From Armatimonadota bacterium (GTDB lineage: Bacteria; Armatimonadota; Hebobacteria; CAIYQO01), in assembly GCA_038248345.1 (NCBI GenBank), contig JBBRXO010000001.1, positions 32,001 to 96,000 on the forward strand: a stretch of DNA of 64,000 bases, read 5' to 3'. The first letter of the stretch is position 1. Each line of letters begins with the position of its first letter. The translations under genes were made by a program, and so were the position numbers. Positions 28,863-39,106 of the stretch are shown here, piece after piece. The notes under the pieces are model-generated. The model was not told the DNA's origin, did not search any database, and saw only the letters and a list, made by a program, of their open reading frames with translations.

Positions 28863-30857
28863 TTACTCTACAACTACCATCTGATGATAATTCAACTCCG
28901 GCACGGTGGTCTTCAATATGCCGTCCGCTATAGTATACGCCAGGTCAATGCCTTGCGGCGCCAGATATACCCGTTTTGGCTTGGCAGTGGTGCGTAGCTT
29001 TACTTCTACATTGTATACCGGCAGAATATCCTCGATGACTTCGATTCCCTCGCCGCGTTTCACCGGGCTGGCGTAAAGCAGATGCACGATAGTACGCTTC
29101 TCCGCAACCTGGTACATCACCGTCTGCACACCCTGTGCAGGCAAGGAGGTGGTGAGTGTTGGCGCTGGCAGCAACGTCCTCAGACCATGCAGGACGATAT
29201 CGCGCAGGACATTCTGTCCTTTTTTGGCATATAAATCGAAGACCGGGAAAGCGCAGTAGACGGTATTTGCCGTGCTCACCATCGCCGCTCCGGCAGCTTC
29301 CATGGTATTGGGCGCATGCTGATGCGAGCAGAAATGCAACAGATCGCGATTGAAGAAGGGATGCTGTAATTCTGCCAGCACTTTCCCAGTCTTATTGGTG
29401 ATATCTTTGGCTGGTGAATACATCACAAATGCTGCATCTGCCCAGTTGGCCAGCTCAAAGTTCGGCACGATATATTCGGGAGAGAAAGCGCTCTCTCCTT
29501 GATATTTCACGCCAAAATCCAGCGTGAAGGCTTGTCGCTGACTATCAAGTGCGCTCTCCCACGTGGCGAATATCTTTCCTCCACCGGCGAGATATTTCTC
29601 CAATTGTGCTTGCAATACGCCATTAACTGGAATAGCGTCTGGCAAAATCAACAATTTATATTTGCTTAAATCACTCGATGAATCCAGCACATCGTACAAC
29701 AACCCACCTTCCTGCAGAATACGCACCACACCTGCGTCAGATGCGCCGGTAAAAGCGCTGGGGCCGGTTTGCGCATCATGGTTGGTGAAGGCCTCTAGCG
29801 AGAAGACTCCGATATCAGCGATGCTGGTGACGCCGCTGCACCATGCCTCCTTCGCTTCCACCTCGGCATAGGCAGCACCGATGAGCGTGTAGGTGGCTTT
29901 GTCCAACTGACCGTACGGGTGCATCTGGTCGCCCACCGAGATTTTCGCGCCGTTGGCCAGGGACAATGCCGTCTCATAGCGCAACGCATTGGGATGCTTG
30001 TAGCCGCCGAACTCGCCCCAGGAAGTGTGGAACTTGCCGGTCATGCCCAGGAACTCAAAGCCCAATCCCTGCACGTACCGTGCTGATAAGGGGAAGTGGT
30101 CATAGCCCCAGCCACCGGTGGGTAATGATTCCAACTCGAAGTGATGAGTATTTAAGAAGGCTAGCTCGCGGTCGCCACGGGCTATATGCCCGCCATTATG
30201 GAAGACGCGCACGTTCGGCTTAATAGCATGGACGGCAGCGTTGATCCGCCGAGCATAATTAATATAGGTTTCGCGCGCCAGCGTCATCTGATCTTCTTTA
30301 TTGCGTGGATCCATGCCACGTTTCATCATCTCACGGTAGCAATATTGGCAACAACAATCGCGCACGCCGACGATATCGAAAAATAAACCTTCAAAGAGGT
30401 CATACCGGCGTACCACTTCTTCCGCCTGTTCAATCAGGTAATCCAGATAAGGCGACCGCATGCAGAACTCATGATAGCCAGCATCCAGCCAGCCGGACCA
30501 GGAGTAACCGCCGTTGGGTAGCATCCGCAGCCACTCGCTGTGGGTGCGCGACAACTTCTCATCAAGCCCAGCGGAGATGTAGACGGGGGTCTGCACACCG
30601 ATCTCATGCGCGGCTTCGATCATCTCCCCGGTAAGGTCCAAGCCGTGCTTCAAAGTCGGGTGTGTGGCGCCGTTCGCCACTGCAGTCGGGTGGTATGACC
30701 AGCCGTGGTGGCATTTACTAAAAATGGTGATGGAGCTGACGTGCCCCAATTGCAACATCTGCTGAAAATGCGCCTTATCCCAATCTTTCCCTACCCCCGG
30801 TATAGCCTCAGAGGTGTGGAAGTCAAGGTGAATCTGACGAAAAGGTAATTGATCCAT
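28863..30857 (-). CDS. GH151-like alpha-L-fucosidase / hypothetical glycosyl hydrolase with a beta-galactosidase trimerisation domain
   Basis: RQIHLDFHT, FSKCHHG, GLFFDI, ELESLPTGGWGY and MTGKFHTSWGEFGG motifs; no signal peptide. Confidence 0.75.
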   Translation of the reverse strand: MDQLPFRQIHLDFHTSEAIPGVGKDWDKAHFQQMLQLGHVSSITIFSKCHHGWSYHPTAVANGATHPTLKHGLDLTGEMIEAAHEIGVQTPVYISAGLDEKLSRTHSEWLRMLPNGGYSWSGWLDAGYHEFCMRSPYLDYLIEQAEEVVRRYDLFEGLFFDIVGVRDCCCQYCYREMMKRGMDPRNKEDQMTLARETYINYARRINAAVHAIKPNVRVFHNGGHIARGDRELAFLNTHHFELESLPTGGWGYDHFPLSARYVQGLGFEFLGMTGKFHTSWGEFGGYKHPNALRYETALSLANGAKISVGDQMHPYGQLDKATYTLIGAAYAEVEAKEAWCSGVTSIADIGVFSLEAFTNHDAQTGPSAFTGASDAGVVRILQEGGLLYDVLDSSSDLSKYKLLILPDAIPVNGVLQAQLEKYLAGGGKIFATWESALDSQRQAFTLDFGVKYQGESAFSPEYIVPNFELANWADAAFVMYSPAKDITNKTGKVLAELQHPFFNRDLLHFCSHQHAPNTMEAAGAAMVSTANTVYCAFPVFDLYAKKGQNVLRDIVLHGLRTLLPAPTLTTSLPAQGVQTVMYQVAEKRTIVHLLYASPVKRGEGIEVIEDILPVYNVEVKLRTTAKPKRVYLAPQGIDLAYTIADGILKTTVPELNYHQMVVVE

Positions 30858-31068
30858 GGTAGCTCTCCCAATTTTCTATCTTTTTTTTTTTTGCTGATAA
30901 CCAACATGCAGCAATAGCAAATTCGCCACTGTACCAGTGTATACCTTTTCGTATCTCCTCTATTCAGGAATAACTTTTGAAATAACCTCCATAGAGCCAG
31001 AATCATTGACAAAAAGAAAGAAAAGCGTTACTTTCAGCCAGGATATAGTTAAAAAAATGGGGGTTGCC

Positions 31069-34000
31069 ATGTTTGACTCTTTGTTCTCTGCCGTTGGGCG
31101 ATATGTTTCCCACTGGCCAGTGATCTTGCTACTGCTACTAGCACCGGCTGTTTGGAGTGCGGAAGGGGCGGCGGTATTCCAGCCGGAAGACTATATCGTC
31201 GTCTCCGGCGCTACTTCCCCGCGCGTGGCCTATGCTGTGCGCCAGGAGGGGGGGGATTTCCTCCTCGCTCTTGAAGTGCAGCCCCTCGCCGCTGACGGTA
31301 CCGGTACATCGGTAAACGTAGGCGTTGCCGCGGCACAAACACTGTTGCTTACAGATGCCGACGCTACCGTCACCCGCGGGAAGGAGATGGCGCTTTACCT
31401 CTTCACTGTACCCGCGACGAAAATTGTTACTAATGATGCGGACTGGGCGCGACTGCGGCTGGGTATAGCCGTTGCCTGGGGTGGCGGAGCGCTGGGAGCC
31501 GACCGCCAACGCGAGCGCTATTTGCATTTAAACAGCGCTTCCGCACATGCCGGGTTGTCAAAGAACAAACTGGATTGGGCACCGTTAGATTTGACGGAAT
31601 ACGCCACACTGATCGCGGATCGAAAAAGCCGCATCACTATCAATTTTACACAGCCGATGGACGGCAAAGCCAGCATCATCATTGAGGACGCAAAGGGAAA
31701 CCGCATCCGCAACCTCATTTCCGGGCAATCATTCAGCAAGGGCAAGCACAACGTGGTGTGGGATGGGCTGGATGAGCAGGGCAACGTGGTCGCACCCGGT
31801 GCCTTCCTCTGGCGCTCTATTAATCATCCGGGCATTACGCCAGATTATCAATTCGCCTTCTGTAACGACGCTGGCCCCAATCACAGCTGCTTCAACGCCG
31901 CAACAGCAAGTAAAGACCTGGTCTTCTTTGGAGCACCGATCACTGAAGGTGGCTATGCGCTGATGAGCATTGATGCAACGGGGACAGTGCAACAGACCTT
32001 CAGACCGCTGATGGGCACTGGCATTGAGAAGGTGGCGCTGGCCGTCGATGACCAGTACCTGTATGTGGCACATGACGGTAGCCCCTGGGGTAATACCCCG
32101 ATCAAGTTATTATCCATCACCCGCTTCAACCTGAAAAACGGCCAAAGCGTTGATTTCCCCGGCGGCAAACGATATGTCGAAATCAGCAACCGGCCTACAA
32201 AAGATGGTAAAATGCTTGACTTGGGAGGTTTAGCCTATCTGGACGGTAAGCTCTACTTGAGCAGTCGCCTGAATAATGCCCTGCTCGTATTGGATGCAGC
32301 CACCTGCGCAAAGGTCAGCGAGATAAAACTCGATGCTCCTGGCACGCTATGTGTAGACGGGAAGAACCTCCTCGCTGTCGCTGGCGCCACCGTCACCCGA
32401 GTCGATCTGGTGAAAAACGTAGTGACCACCATTGTCCCTGCCGGGATCATCTCTCCACAGGGGATCGCAGTGGATGCCAAGGGTACCATCTATATAAGCG
32501 ACAGCGAAACGAACACGGTGAAGGTCTTCACCGCCACTGGCGAACTGGTAAAGACGCTGGGCAAGCCCGGTGGTCTCCTCGCCGGCCCCTACGATTCTGA
32601 ACGCATGGTAAACCCGCGCGGGTTGGCTATTGCACCCAACGGCTGGCTGTGGGTGACAGAAGAACGCTGGACACCCAAGCGCTACGTGGCATGGGATACG
32701 GCTACCGGCAAAGTAGCAGCGGAGAAATTCGGCCCCACCTCCTATGGCGCCGGTGGCGCCGGTTTCGACAGCGCCGATGCTTCTAATTGGGTCGGGTTGG
32801 GCACACAGTGGAAGCTGGATATCGCCAAAAAAACAGCCGTACCGAAGAGTGTACTGGGCTCCGCTTTTGGCGCGACGCACTACAAATACTTACATAAGGA
32901 CGGACGCACGTTCCTCATCGGTTTTAGCGGCTACACCACTATAGGCGAGTTGCTCCCCGACGGCTCGGTGAAAGACCTGGCCTGCATCGCCTCTGTCCAC
33001 CGCTTTAGCTTCGGTATGGACTGGAACCCACCGCAGGCATTCATCGACGCCTTCAATGCCGCGTATCCGACGCGCATAGGTAAGCATAGCGATAAAGGCC
33101 CCGGCATGTTATGGGTGGATAAAAACGGGGACGGGAAGATGGATGCAGACGAGTTCACCTTCTCCACCGCTGTTGATAACTTTGCTGGAGCGTATTGGGG
33201 CCATGACCAATATGACCTGACGCTACGCTTGCCCGCCATGGTGAAGGGTAAGAGCGTGATGGCTGTAATGAAACCGGATGGATATTACCCCGGCGGCGCT
33301 CCTAAATATCCGACACTAAATGAGGCCTGCCTGGCTGGCATTCCCATCTCTCTTGGATACTGTGAGGTGGAAACCACCGTTGATCACTTTGGCAACTTAT
33401 TGGTTAATTCCGATCCTAATATGACCAGCTTCGCGCCGGACGGCACCTTGCGCTGGACCTTCCCTAACCGCTGGACAAACGTCCAAGGCTCCCAGCAGGC
33501 TCCGTTACCGGAGACTGGCGTAATGCAAGGAGCGCTCTTCTTCCTGGGTACAGCACCGCTGGACGATAAAGCTGATGTCTTCATGATGAACGGCAACCAT
33601 GGCCGCTTCTATGTGCTCACCTCAGACGGCTTCTACCTGGATGAAATGTTCAAGGATGTGCGGCTGGGCGGTGCTTGGGACAACTACATGATCGGCGGCG
33701 AATGCTTCGGCGGGTTCTTCGGCAAAGCAGCAGACGGCAACTATTACCTGCAAAGCGGAGGCATAGAATACCGCATCTTCAAATTGAACGGTCTGGATAA
33801 GGTGAAGCGTGCGCAAGGAATGCAGTGGGTTACAGCGGCGCAAGTAGCGGCTGCAGAACGCAGCCGCATGAAACAGGTAGTGGCCACCACTGATCCGAAA
33901 ACAGCGGAGATCATGACAGCGGCAAAAGCGCCAAAGATCGGCGACAATGACAACAACTGGCCAGCTGCCCCCACCGCACGTTGGGTTAAAGGGCAGTACA

Positions 34001-34581
34001 CCGTCGATACTCGCGTCTCCTACGATGCGGAAAACCTGTATCTTAATTACCTGGTGAAGGATCCTTCGCCATGGAAGAATACCGGCCAAGACTGGACAAT
34101 GCTCTTTAAAACCGGTGATTCCATTGACATGCAGCTGGGCACTAATCCAGACACCAACCCCAGCCGCACCGGCCCTGTTCTAGGTGACCTGCGCTTACTC
34201 ATCGCGCCGTTCAATGGCGAGAACATCGCTGTACTTTACCAGCACCGCCTCCCCGCGGCAACAGATGGCGTAACCTTCACTAGCCCGTGGCGCAGCGAAC
34301 GCGTGGATTCGGTGAAGCGCCTGACCACCGCACGTATCGCCGTGAAGGTTGAGCGCGGCCAGTATCGTGTCGAAGCCGCCATCCCGCTGGTCGAGCTTGG
34401 TTTCAAACCAATCCCCGGCAAATCATATAGAGTTGATTTCGGTGCCCTTGGCGGCGACGACGACGGGATGATTACCCTGCTCCGCGCTTACTGGTCTAAC
34501 CAGTTCACCGGGCTGGTGAACGATGTACCGGGAGAGATCATGCTGACACCAACGGCATGGGGAACAGTGGAGTTCAAGTAA
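31069..34581 (+). CDS. Large secreted protein: FlgD-type Ig domain, NHL beta-propeller and C-terminal CBM9/DOMON-like domain
   Basis: Signal peptide; GNRIRNL...VVWDGLDEQG (FlgD); PQGIAVD...IYISD and NPRGLAI (NHL); YDAENLYL...D...GDSID...VEAAIPL (CBM9-like). The start is uncertain. Confidence 0.7.
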   Translation: MFDSLFSAVGRYVSHWPVILLLLLAPAVWSAEGAAVFQPEDYIVVSGATSPRVAYAVRQEGGDFLLALEVQPLAADGTGTSVNVGVAAAQTLLLTDADATVTRGKEMALYLFTVPATKIVTNDADWARLRLGIAVAWGGGALGADRQRERYLHLNSASAHAGLSKNKLDWAPLDLTEYATLIADRKSRITINFTQPMDGKASIIIEDAKGNRIRNLISGQSFSKGKHNVVWDGLDEQGNVVAPGAFLWRSINHPGITPDYQFAFCNDAGPNHSCFNAATASKDLVFFGAPITEGGYALMSIDATGTVQQTFRPLMGTGIEKVALAVDDQYLYVAHDGSPWGNTPIKLLSITRFNLKNGQSVDFPGGKRYVEISNRPTKDGKMLDLGGLAYLDGKLYLSSRLNNALLVLDAATCAKVSEIKLDAPGTLCVDGKNLLAVAGATVTRVDLVKNVVTTIVPAGIISPQGIAVDAKGTIYISDSETNTVKVFTATGELVKTLGKPGGLLAGPYDSERMVNPRGLAIAPNGWLWVTEERWTPKRYVAWDTATGKVAAEKFGPTSYGAGGAGFDSADASNWVGLGTQWKLDIAKKTAVPKSVLGSAFGATHYKYLHKDGRTFLIGFSGYTTIGELLPDGSVKDLACIASVHRFSFGMDWNPPQAFIDAFNAAYPTRIGKHSDKGPGMLWVDKNGDGKMDADEFTFSTAVDNFAGAYWGHDQYDLTLRLPAMVKGKSVMAVMKPDGYYPGGAPKYPTLNEACLAGIPISLGYCEVETTVDHFGNLLVNSDPNMTSFAPDGTLRWTFPNRWTNVQGSQQAPLPETGVMQGALFFLGTAPLDDKADVFMMNGNHGRFYVLTSDGFYLDEMFKDVRLGGAWDNYMIGGECFGGFFGKAADGNYYLQSGGIEYRIFKLNGLDKVKRAQGMQWVTAAQVAAAERSRMKQVVATTDPKTAEIMTAAKAPKIGDNDNNWPAAPTARWVKGQYTVDTRVSYDAENLYLNYLVKDPSPWKNTGQDWTMLFKTGDSIDMQLGTNPDTNPSRTGPVLGDLRLLIAPFNGENIAVLYQHRLPAATDGVTFTSPWRSERVDSVKRLTTARIAVKVERGQYRVEAAIPLVELGFKPIPGKSYRVDFGALGGDDDGMITLLRAYWSNQFTGLVNDVPGEIMLTPTAWGTVEFK

Positions 34582-34587
34582 GTCATT

Positions 34588-34618
34588 AATCGGTCAGATC
34601 AACATGATCTGACCGATT
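34588..34618. other. Intergenic stem-loop within the operon
   Basis: Perfect 13-bp stem AATCGGTCAGATC/GATCTGACCGATT with no strong U tail; may be an mRNA stabiliser or a partial terminator. Confidence 0.55.
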
Positions 34619-34642
34619 GAACAAATAGATGGAGGAATTAAT

Positions 34643-36358
34643 ATGTATTACTACCGCACACTTCTCGCGCTAATTGCGCTCATCATGGCGCTACCTGCCT
34701 TCGCCGCGATCCGTTGCGATGGCATTCTCGGCAACTCCGGTGAAGAGGGGGCGACACTAGTGCGCTTCGCACCAGCAGGAGCGGCGGGCATGGGCGTCGC
34801 CTATGATCGCTTCGGTTCCCTATGGGATCGCGCCGGGGACGGGCAGTTGAACTGTTATGCGGTGGATGGCCGGTTGTTAGCGACGTATAAAATACCACTC
34901 GGCAACGCCGGCTGGAACAACCAGCATCAGTTGGCGCTGGTAGGCGATTTGCTGGTGCTCTGCATGCAGGGTAAACTCTACACCCTCCCCGTCACTGCTC
35001 CGGCTGGCACAGAGGCTAAGCTGCTGAAGTGCGCAGCGGAGCGCATATCGTTCAATGCGGTGCAGGGAAAACTGGCAATCTACAATAAAGGTACACTCTC
35101 CTTGGTTGACCCCACAACCAGCGCAACAACACCAGTTTGCGAGATAACAGGTGGGGCCATGTGGATAGATATGGACGCCGACGGGGCGATTTATACAGTG
35201 GGCGGCGATTGGAAGTTGCATAAGTACGTCGCTGGCAAGGAGATCACTGATGGCTGGCCGAAAGCCGCACCCGGCGAGCGCCCGCAAGTGATCGACGACG
35301 CCTGGTTCGGTCACACCTGGCATGGTACCATCAAGCGCTTTACCACGACACTGGAACCAAATCCTGGCGTGGTACTTGGTGGCGCCTCCGGTTCTTTCCT
35401 CGGACACCTCGATCAGAACTCAGAACTGAACAAAGGCTGCGGTATGGCGAAAATCCATGACGACCTCTATGCAGTCTCCGGCATTGGTGGTATATTGCAG
35501 CTACTGAAGTGGGATAATGAGAAGCGGCAGATGACCGTCATCCGCCGTATTGGTTCAATTCCCGCGTGCCAGGGTTTGGGACTAGATCGTGCTGGCAACG
35601 TCTGGTGGTACGCCGGTTCGTGGAAATGGAACGACACCCCCGATGCGCCATTGCGCAACGGCGTTAACGCCCCGGATTATCCCGGTGTAAGCCAGGTGGT
35701 AATGCTGGATAACGACATGATGGTCGGTGTTGGCTGGTTATGGGGTTTGCCCAACTTCTATTCTGGACGTCTCACCGGCGAGGTGGCTGGCGACCGTAAA
35801 GAATGCACCCTTGCAAAGAATGCCATCGGTTCCGCCGTCTACCGCCAGGACGGGAAATTGACAATGTTAGTGGTCAATAAAACGGGGGGCGCCGAGGCTT
35901 ATACCATCAACAATGAAGGTCGCTTCGTCGTCGACGTTGGCCCGGTAACGCTGACCACTGCCACCCCCGTGATAGAGTGGACGACGTTGGCAATGCAAAA
36001 CGCTGACACCTTACTGGGGGCCGCCGACGGCCAAGTGATTGTCTTCGCCCGCGATGGAAAGAACTGGAAAGAAATCCGCCGCTGGCAGAATTGGGGAACG
36101 ACCGACACCGACAAATTCGGCGGAAAAATCTATCTTACCTCAGATGCTGGCCGCCTCTGGGTTTCCGACCGCGAGCGCCATCGCGTACTTGCTTTCAACC
36201 TCGCCGACGAAAAGCTTATCACTACTTTCGGTACTACCGATACTCATGGCGATGACCTGGTGAGCTTGACCAATCCAGAAGTAATAGCCGCCCGTGACAA
36301 TCGAGCGGTAGTATATGACCAGGGTAACCAACGCCTCGTAAAGCTGGCGATCGACTAG
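34643..36358 (+). CDS. Secreted beta-propeller (NHL-like) hypothetical protein
   Basis: GGAGG RBS; signal peptide (AFA-A); LWVSDRERHRV and VYDQGNQRL motifs. Confidence 0.65.
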   Translation: MYYYRTLLALIALIMALPAFAAIRCDGILGNSGEEGATLVRFAPAGAAGMGVAYDRFGSLWDRAGDGQLNCYAVDGRLLATYKIPLGNAGWNNQHQLALVGDLLVLCMQGKLYTLPVTAPAGTEAKLLKCAAERISFNAVQGKLAIYNKGTLSLVDPTTSATTPVCEITGGAMWIDMDADGAIYTVGGDWKLHKYVAGKEITDGWPKAAPGERPQVIDDAWFGHTWHGTIKRFTTTLEPNPGVVLGGASGSFLGHLDQNSELNKGCGMAKIHDDLYAVSGIGGILQLLKWDNEKRQMTVIRRIGSIPACQGLGLDRAGNVWWYAGSWKWNDTPDAPLRNGVNAPDYPGVSQVVMLDNDMMVGVGWLWGLPNFYSGRLTGEVAGDRKECTLAKNAIGSAVYRQDGKLTMLVVNKTGGAEAYTINNEGRFVVDVGPVTLTTATPVIEWTTLAMQNADTLLGAADGQVIVFARDGKNWKEIRRWQNWGTTDTDKFGGKIYLTSDAGRLWVSDRERHRVLAFNLADEKLITTFGTTDTHGDDLVSLTNPEVIAARDNRAVVYDQGNQRLVKLAID

Positions 36359-36371
36359 GAGGTCAAAGAAT

Positions 36372-38015
36372 ATGTCCAGAACAATCAAAATATTGTTTGT
36401 AATAGCTTTGTTTCTTGTGTCCGTCTCGGTCTTCGCAGCAAATGCTGAAATTGACGCCAACGTCCCCAGCTGTTTTATTAAGGACGGCGACCGGGTTGGC
36501 TTCTTTGGTGACAGCATCACCGAAGCCAAGGCTTACGGCATTCTGACGGAGCAGGTCTTCCGTCATTTCCATCCCGACGCGAAGGTCACTTTCATCAACA
36601 ACGGGCACAGCGGTATGCAGCTTGCTGGTACCACTATCGAGATGGTAACCGCTGGCGATCCGAATGTGGTTACCATCATGATGGGCATGAACGATGCCAT
36701 CAACGCATCCTGGAGTCGGGGCAAACCCATGGCGCCGGTTGTCGCCGCTTATAAGGCCAAAATGAGCACGCTGGTAAGCGAACTCAAAGCTAAAAATATC
36801 GAGGTCATCATCCTCACCCCGACGTGCACCGACGAGACGGCATCCTTGAGCAGTTTCTATCTGGACGGCACGCACTTGCTGCTGATCGAATTTGGTAAGG
36901 CCTGCATAGAGGTGGCTAACGAGAAATCGGTATACTGCGTACCCGTCCAGGCAGAGCTGGAAGCTTACGAAGCCGCACTACCGCCTCCGGTGGTACTTCG
37001 ACCAGACGGCGTACATCCTAACGCACGCGGCCACTACCAGATCGCCCGTTCAATATGGAAACATCTAAACTTTGCTGGTTCCTTGGCTGGCGGACGCTCG
37101 GTCATGACAGCACCGCCGCAACTGGATATTAATCTGGCGCTGGCCACAAATATGCTGCCCGCCGAAGCAGAAGCGCTGGAGTTCACCATCACGACACCTA
37201 AACCAGCACCAGCAACGGTAACCTGGAACCTGGGCCTGACCCGCGGCACTGAAACTTTGAACCTGACCGGTAAGGATACCTGGACGTTAAAACTGCCCAA
37301 AGGTGCGCTCCCCCAGGTCGCTGGCAAATCAGTCAACCTGGTGCTGGACATCGAAAGCCAGGGAACCCATCAGGAGTTTGTCGTCGACGTCTTCCGCAAA
37401 ATGGTAATCCATGGTAAGGATGGCGCGGCTTCCGGCACCATGACGGACACGAAAGGTACCCAGATATGCTCCTATCTCTTCCGTAAAGAGGGAAAGACAC
37501 TGGTTGTCGAGGTAGCCGTAAAGAAGAAGGAACTATTCCAGACCAATAATGATATTTGGCCGTGGGGTAGCGGGGATGCCCTGACTCTCTACCTGGACAT
37601 CCGCAAAACTGCCAACCTGAGTGGCCTGGGCTTTGATGGCAATGTCTATCAACTCTGGTTCAAGCCGCAGGAAAAGCCGTTTTTCTCCCCGGGATTCCAT
37701 CCCTACTCTGGTAAGCATCTAACAAACATGGCCACGGACTATGGTACCAGGACTGCTGATGGTTACAAAGTCGGCCTGCTGCTCTCCGGCTATGTTAGCA
37801 TAAAAGAACACTTTGACGCCTCAGACCGCGACTTCATCGGGTTCGACCTCCAGGTAATCACTGCCGAAGCCATTGGCAAGCAGACCTGGAACAGCCTGCT
37901 GAACAGCGACCGCCAGAACTTCCTCTTCCCCGGAGTCTTCGCCATCGCCGACCTTTATGGTAAGCTGCCCGGCGATTCCGTCAGCACTGCCAGCATCTTT
38001 CCTGATAACCTGTGA
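36372..38015 (+). CDS. Secreted SGNH/GDSL hydrolase (possible carbohydrate esterase)
   Basis: Signal peptide; GDSIT, GHSG, GMND and DGVHP blocks; beta-rich C-terminal domains. Confidence 0.85.
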   Translation: MSRTIKILFVIALFLVSVSVFAANAEIDANVPSCFIKDGDRVGFFGDSITEAKAYGILTEQVFRHFHPDAKVTFINNGHSGMQLAGTTIEMVTAGDPNVVTIMMGMNDAINASWSRGKPMAPVVAAYKAKMSTLVSELKAKNIEVIILTPTCTDETASLSSFYLDGTHLLLIEFGKACIEVANEKSVYCVPVQAELEAYEAALPPPVVLRPDGVHPNARGHYQIARSIWKHLNFAGSLAGGRSVMTAPPQLDINLALATNMLPAEAEALEFTITTPKPAPATVTWNLGLTRGTETLNLTGKDTWTLKLPKGALPQVAGKSVNLVLDIESQGTHQEFVVDVFRKMVIHGKDGAASGTMTDTKGTQICSYLFRKEGKTLVVEVAVKKKELFQTNNDIWPWGSGDALTLYLDIRKTANLSGLGFDGNVYQLWFKPQEKPFFSPGFHPYSGKHLTNMATDYGTRTADGYKVGLLLSGYVSIKEHFDASDRDFIGFDLQVITAEAIGKQTWNSLLNSDRQNFLFPGVFAIADLYGKLPGDSVSTASIFPDNL

Positions 38016-38190
38016 GCAGGAGTGAAACACAATGATCAATGGGATCGTTTTTGAGTAAGCCGATTTTGAGTTTATCGCTTTGGGGTCGTTCCCGAAGCGG
38101 TAAACTCATGCTTAGCTACAAACTAACCCATAGAGCCGATATTAAAAAAATCAAAAGAATAGCAGTAGAAATATTTACACAATCATGAGC

Positions 38191-38889
38191 CTAATCAGTT
38201 ATCACCCCACGGCATCGAGGATAATTGGTACAGCCATAAAAAGTATTCCCCTTGTTTTCCCCTTTGGTTACGGTTCGTAATACCATCTGATCACCACATT
38301 TCGGGCATTTCGGCGGGATAGCTTGTGCTGGGGCAACTTTCGTTGTCAACGGGGACGCTGGAGCAGACACCAGTGGCCTGGAAGGATTTACCCGTTGAGT
38401 AGCTACTGGTGCTGCAAGTAGTGCTCTGATCTTCCTACCTATTTCATCGGGGTTATATCCGCGTTGCGCCGGGATGCGTAACAGAGGTAGATTCGCTGCT
38501 TTAAAAACTTGATTCAGGAACTCGTCTTTCCCCTTCTGGCTATCCTTGGCGTGGCTAGCGTCATCGAGTTCAATCCCCAGCAGTGGTTTCATCGTCTGGG
38601 GATGGCAAAGCAAAAAATCTATGTGACGTAATGCGATACGATTGAATGCCCCTCTGTTCTCATTGGAGCGCTGCACGAAGAATAGATCGGCGAGACGTAC
38701 TTTCGTCACCACGACAGCATCGCTACCGAGGGTATTCCTTAGCACATGATACAAAGATATCTCCGCTGCAGATAAAAAATCATCCCTGACGAGATATGGG
38801 AAGGTGACCGCGGCCTTTTTCTCCGAATTGCCCATGAATAGTTGGATCAGCAGGCCTAAACAGCCTGAATTTTCATCAGAAGATGCCAT
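38191..38889 (-). CDS. DUF2726 protein with a C-terminal topoisomerase-type C4 zinc ribbon
   Basis: FLSAAE, KVRLADL, HIDFLLC, IELDDASH...KD and CPKCG...FYGCTNYPRC. Confidence 0.85.
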   Translation of the reverse strand: MASSDENSGCLGLLIQLFMGNSEKKAAVTFPYLVRDDFLSAAEISLYHVLRNTLGSDAVVVTKVRLADLFFVQRSNENRGAFNRIALRHIDFLLCHPQTMKPLLGIELDDASHAKDSQKGKDEFLNQVFKAANLPLLRIPAQRGYNPDEIGRKIRALLAAPVATQRVNPSRPLVSAPASPLTTKVAPAQAIPPKCPKCGDQMVLRTVTKGENKGNTFYGCTNYPRCRGVITD

Positions 38890-39106
38890 ATCACAATCCT
38901 TTATTCTGCTTCCCTTACTATTCGACAACACGGTAAGCAATATCCTGCAACGCTCCTAATTTTCTCCAACAAAATTAGCTGATGAAATTATCAACAGCGC
39001 TGGCTATCTACACCTCGAAGTGGCGAAAGCCTTATGCCACGGTAAAGCAGATACCAAGTGGGCACGAAATCAGTGGATACGATTACGAAATGAAGAGGCC
39101 CGACTA

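Noticed and set aside
30880..30895. Poly-T tract as a phase-variation site
   Set aside because: It is intergenic, in an A/T-rich leader, and a single sequence gives no evidence of length variation.
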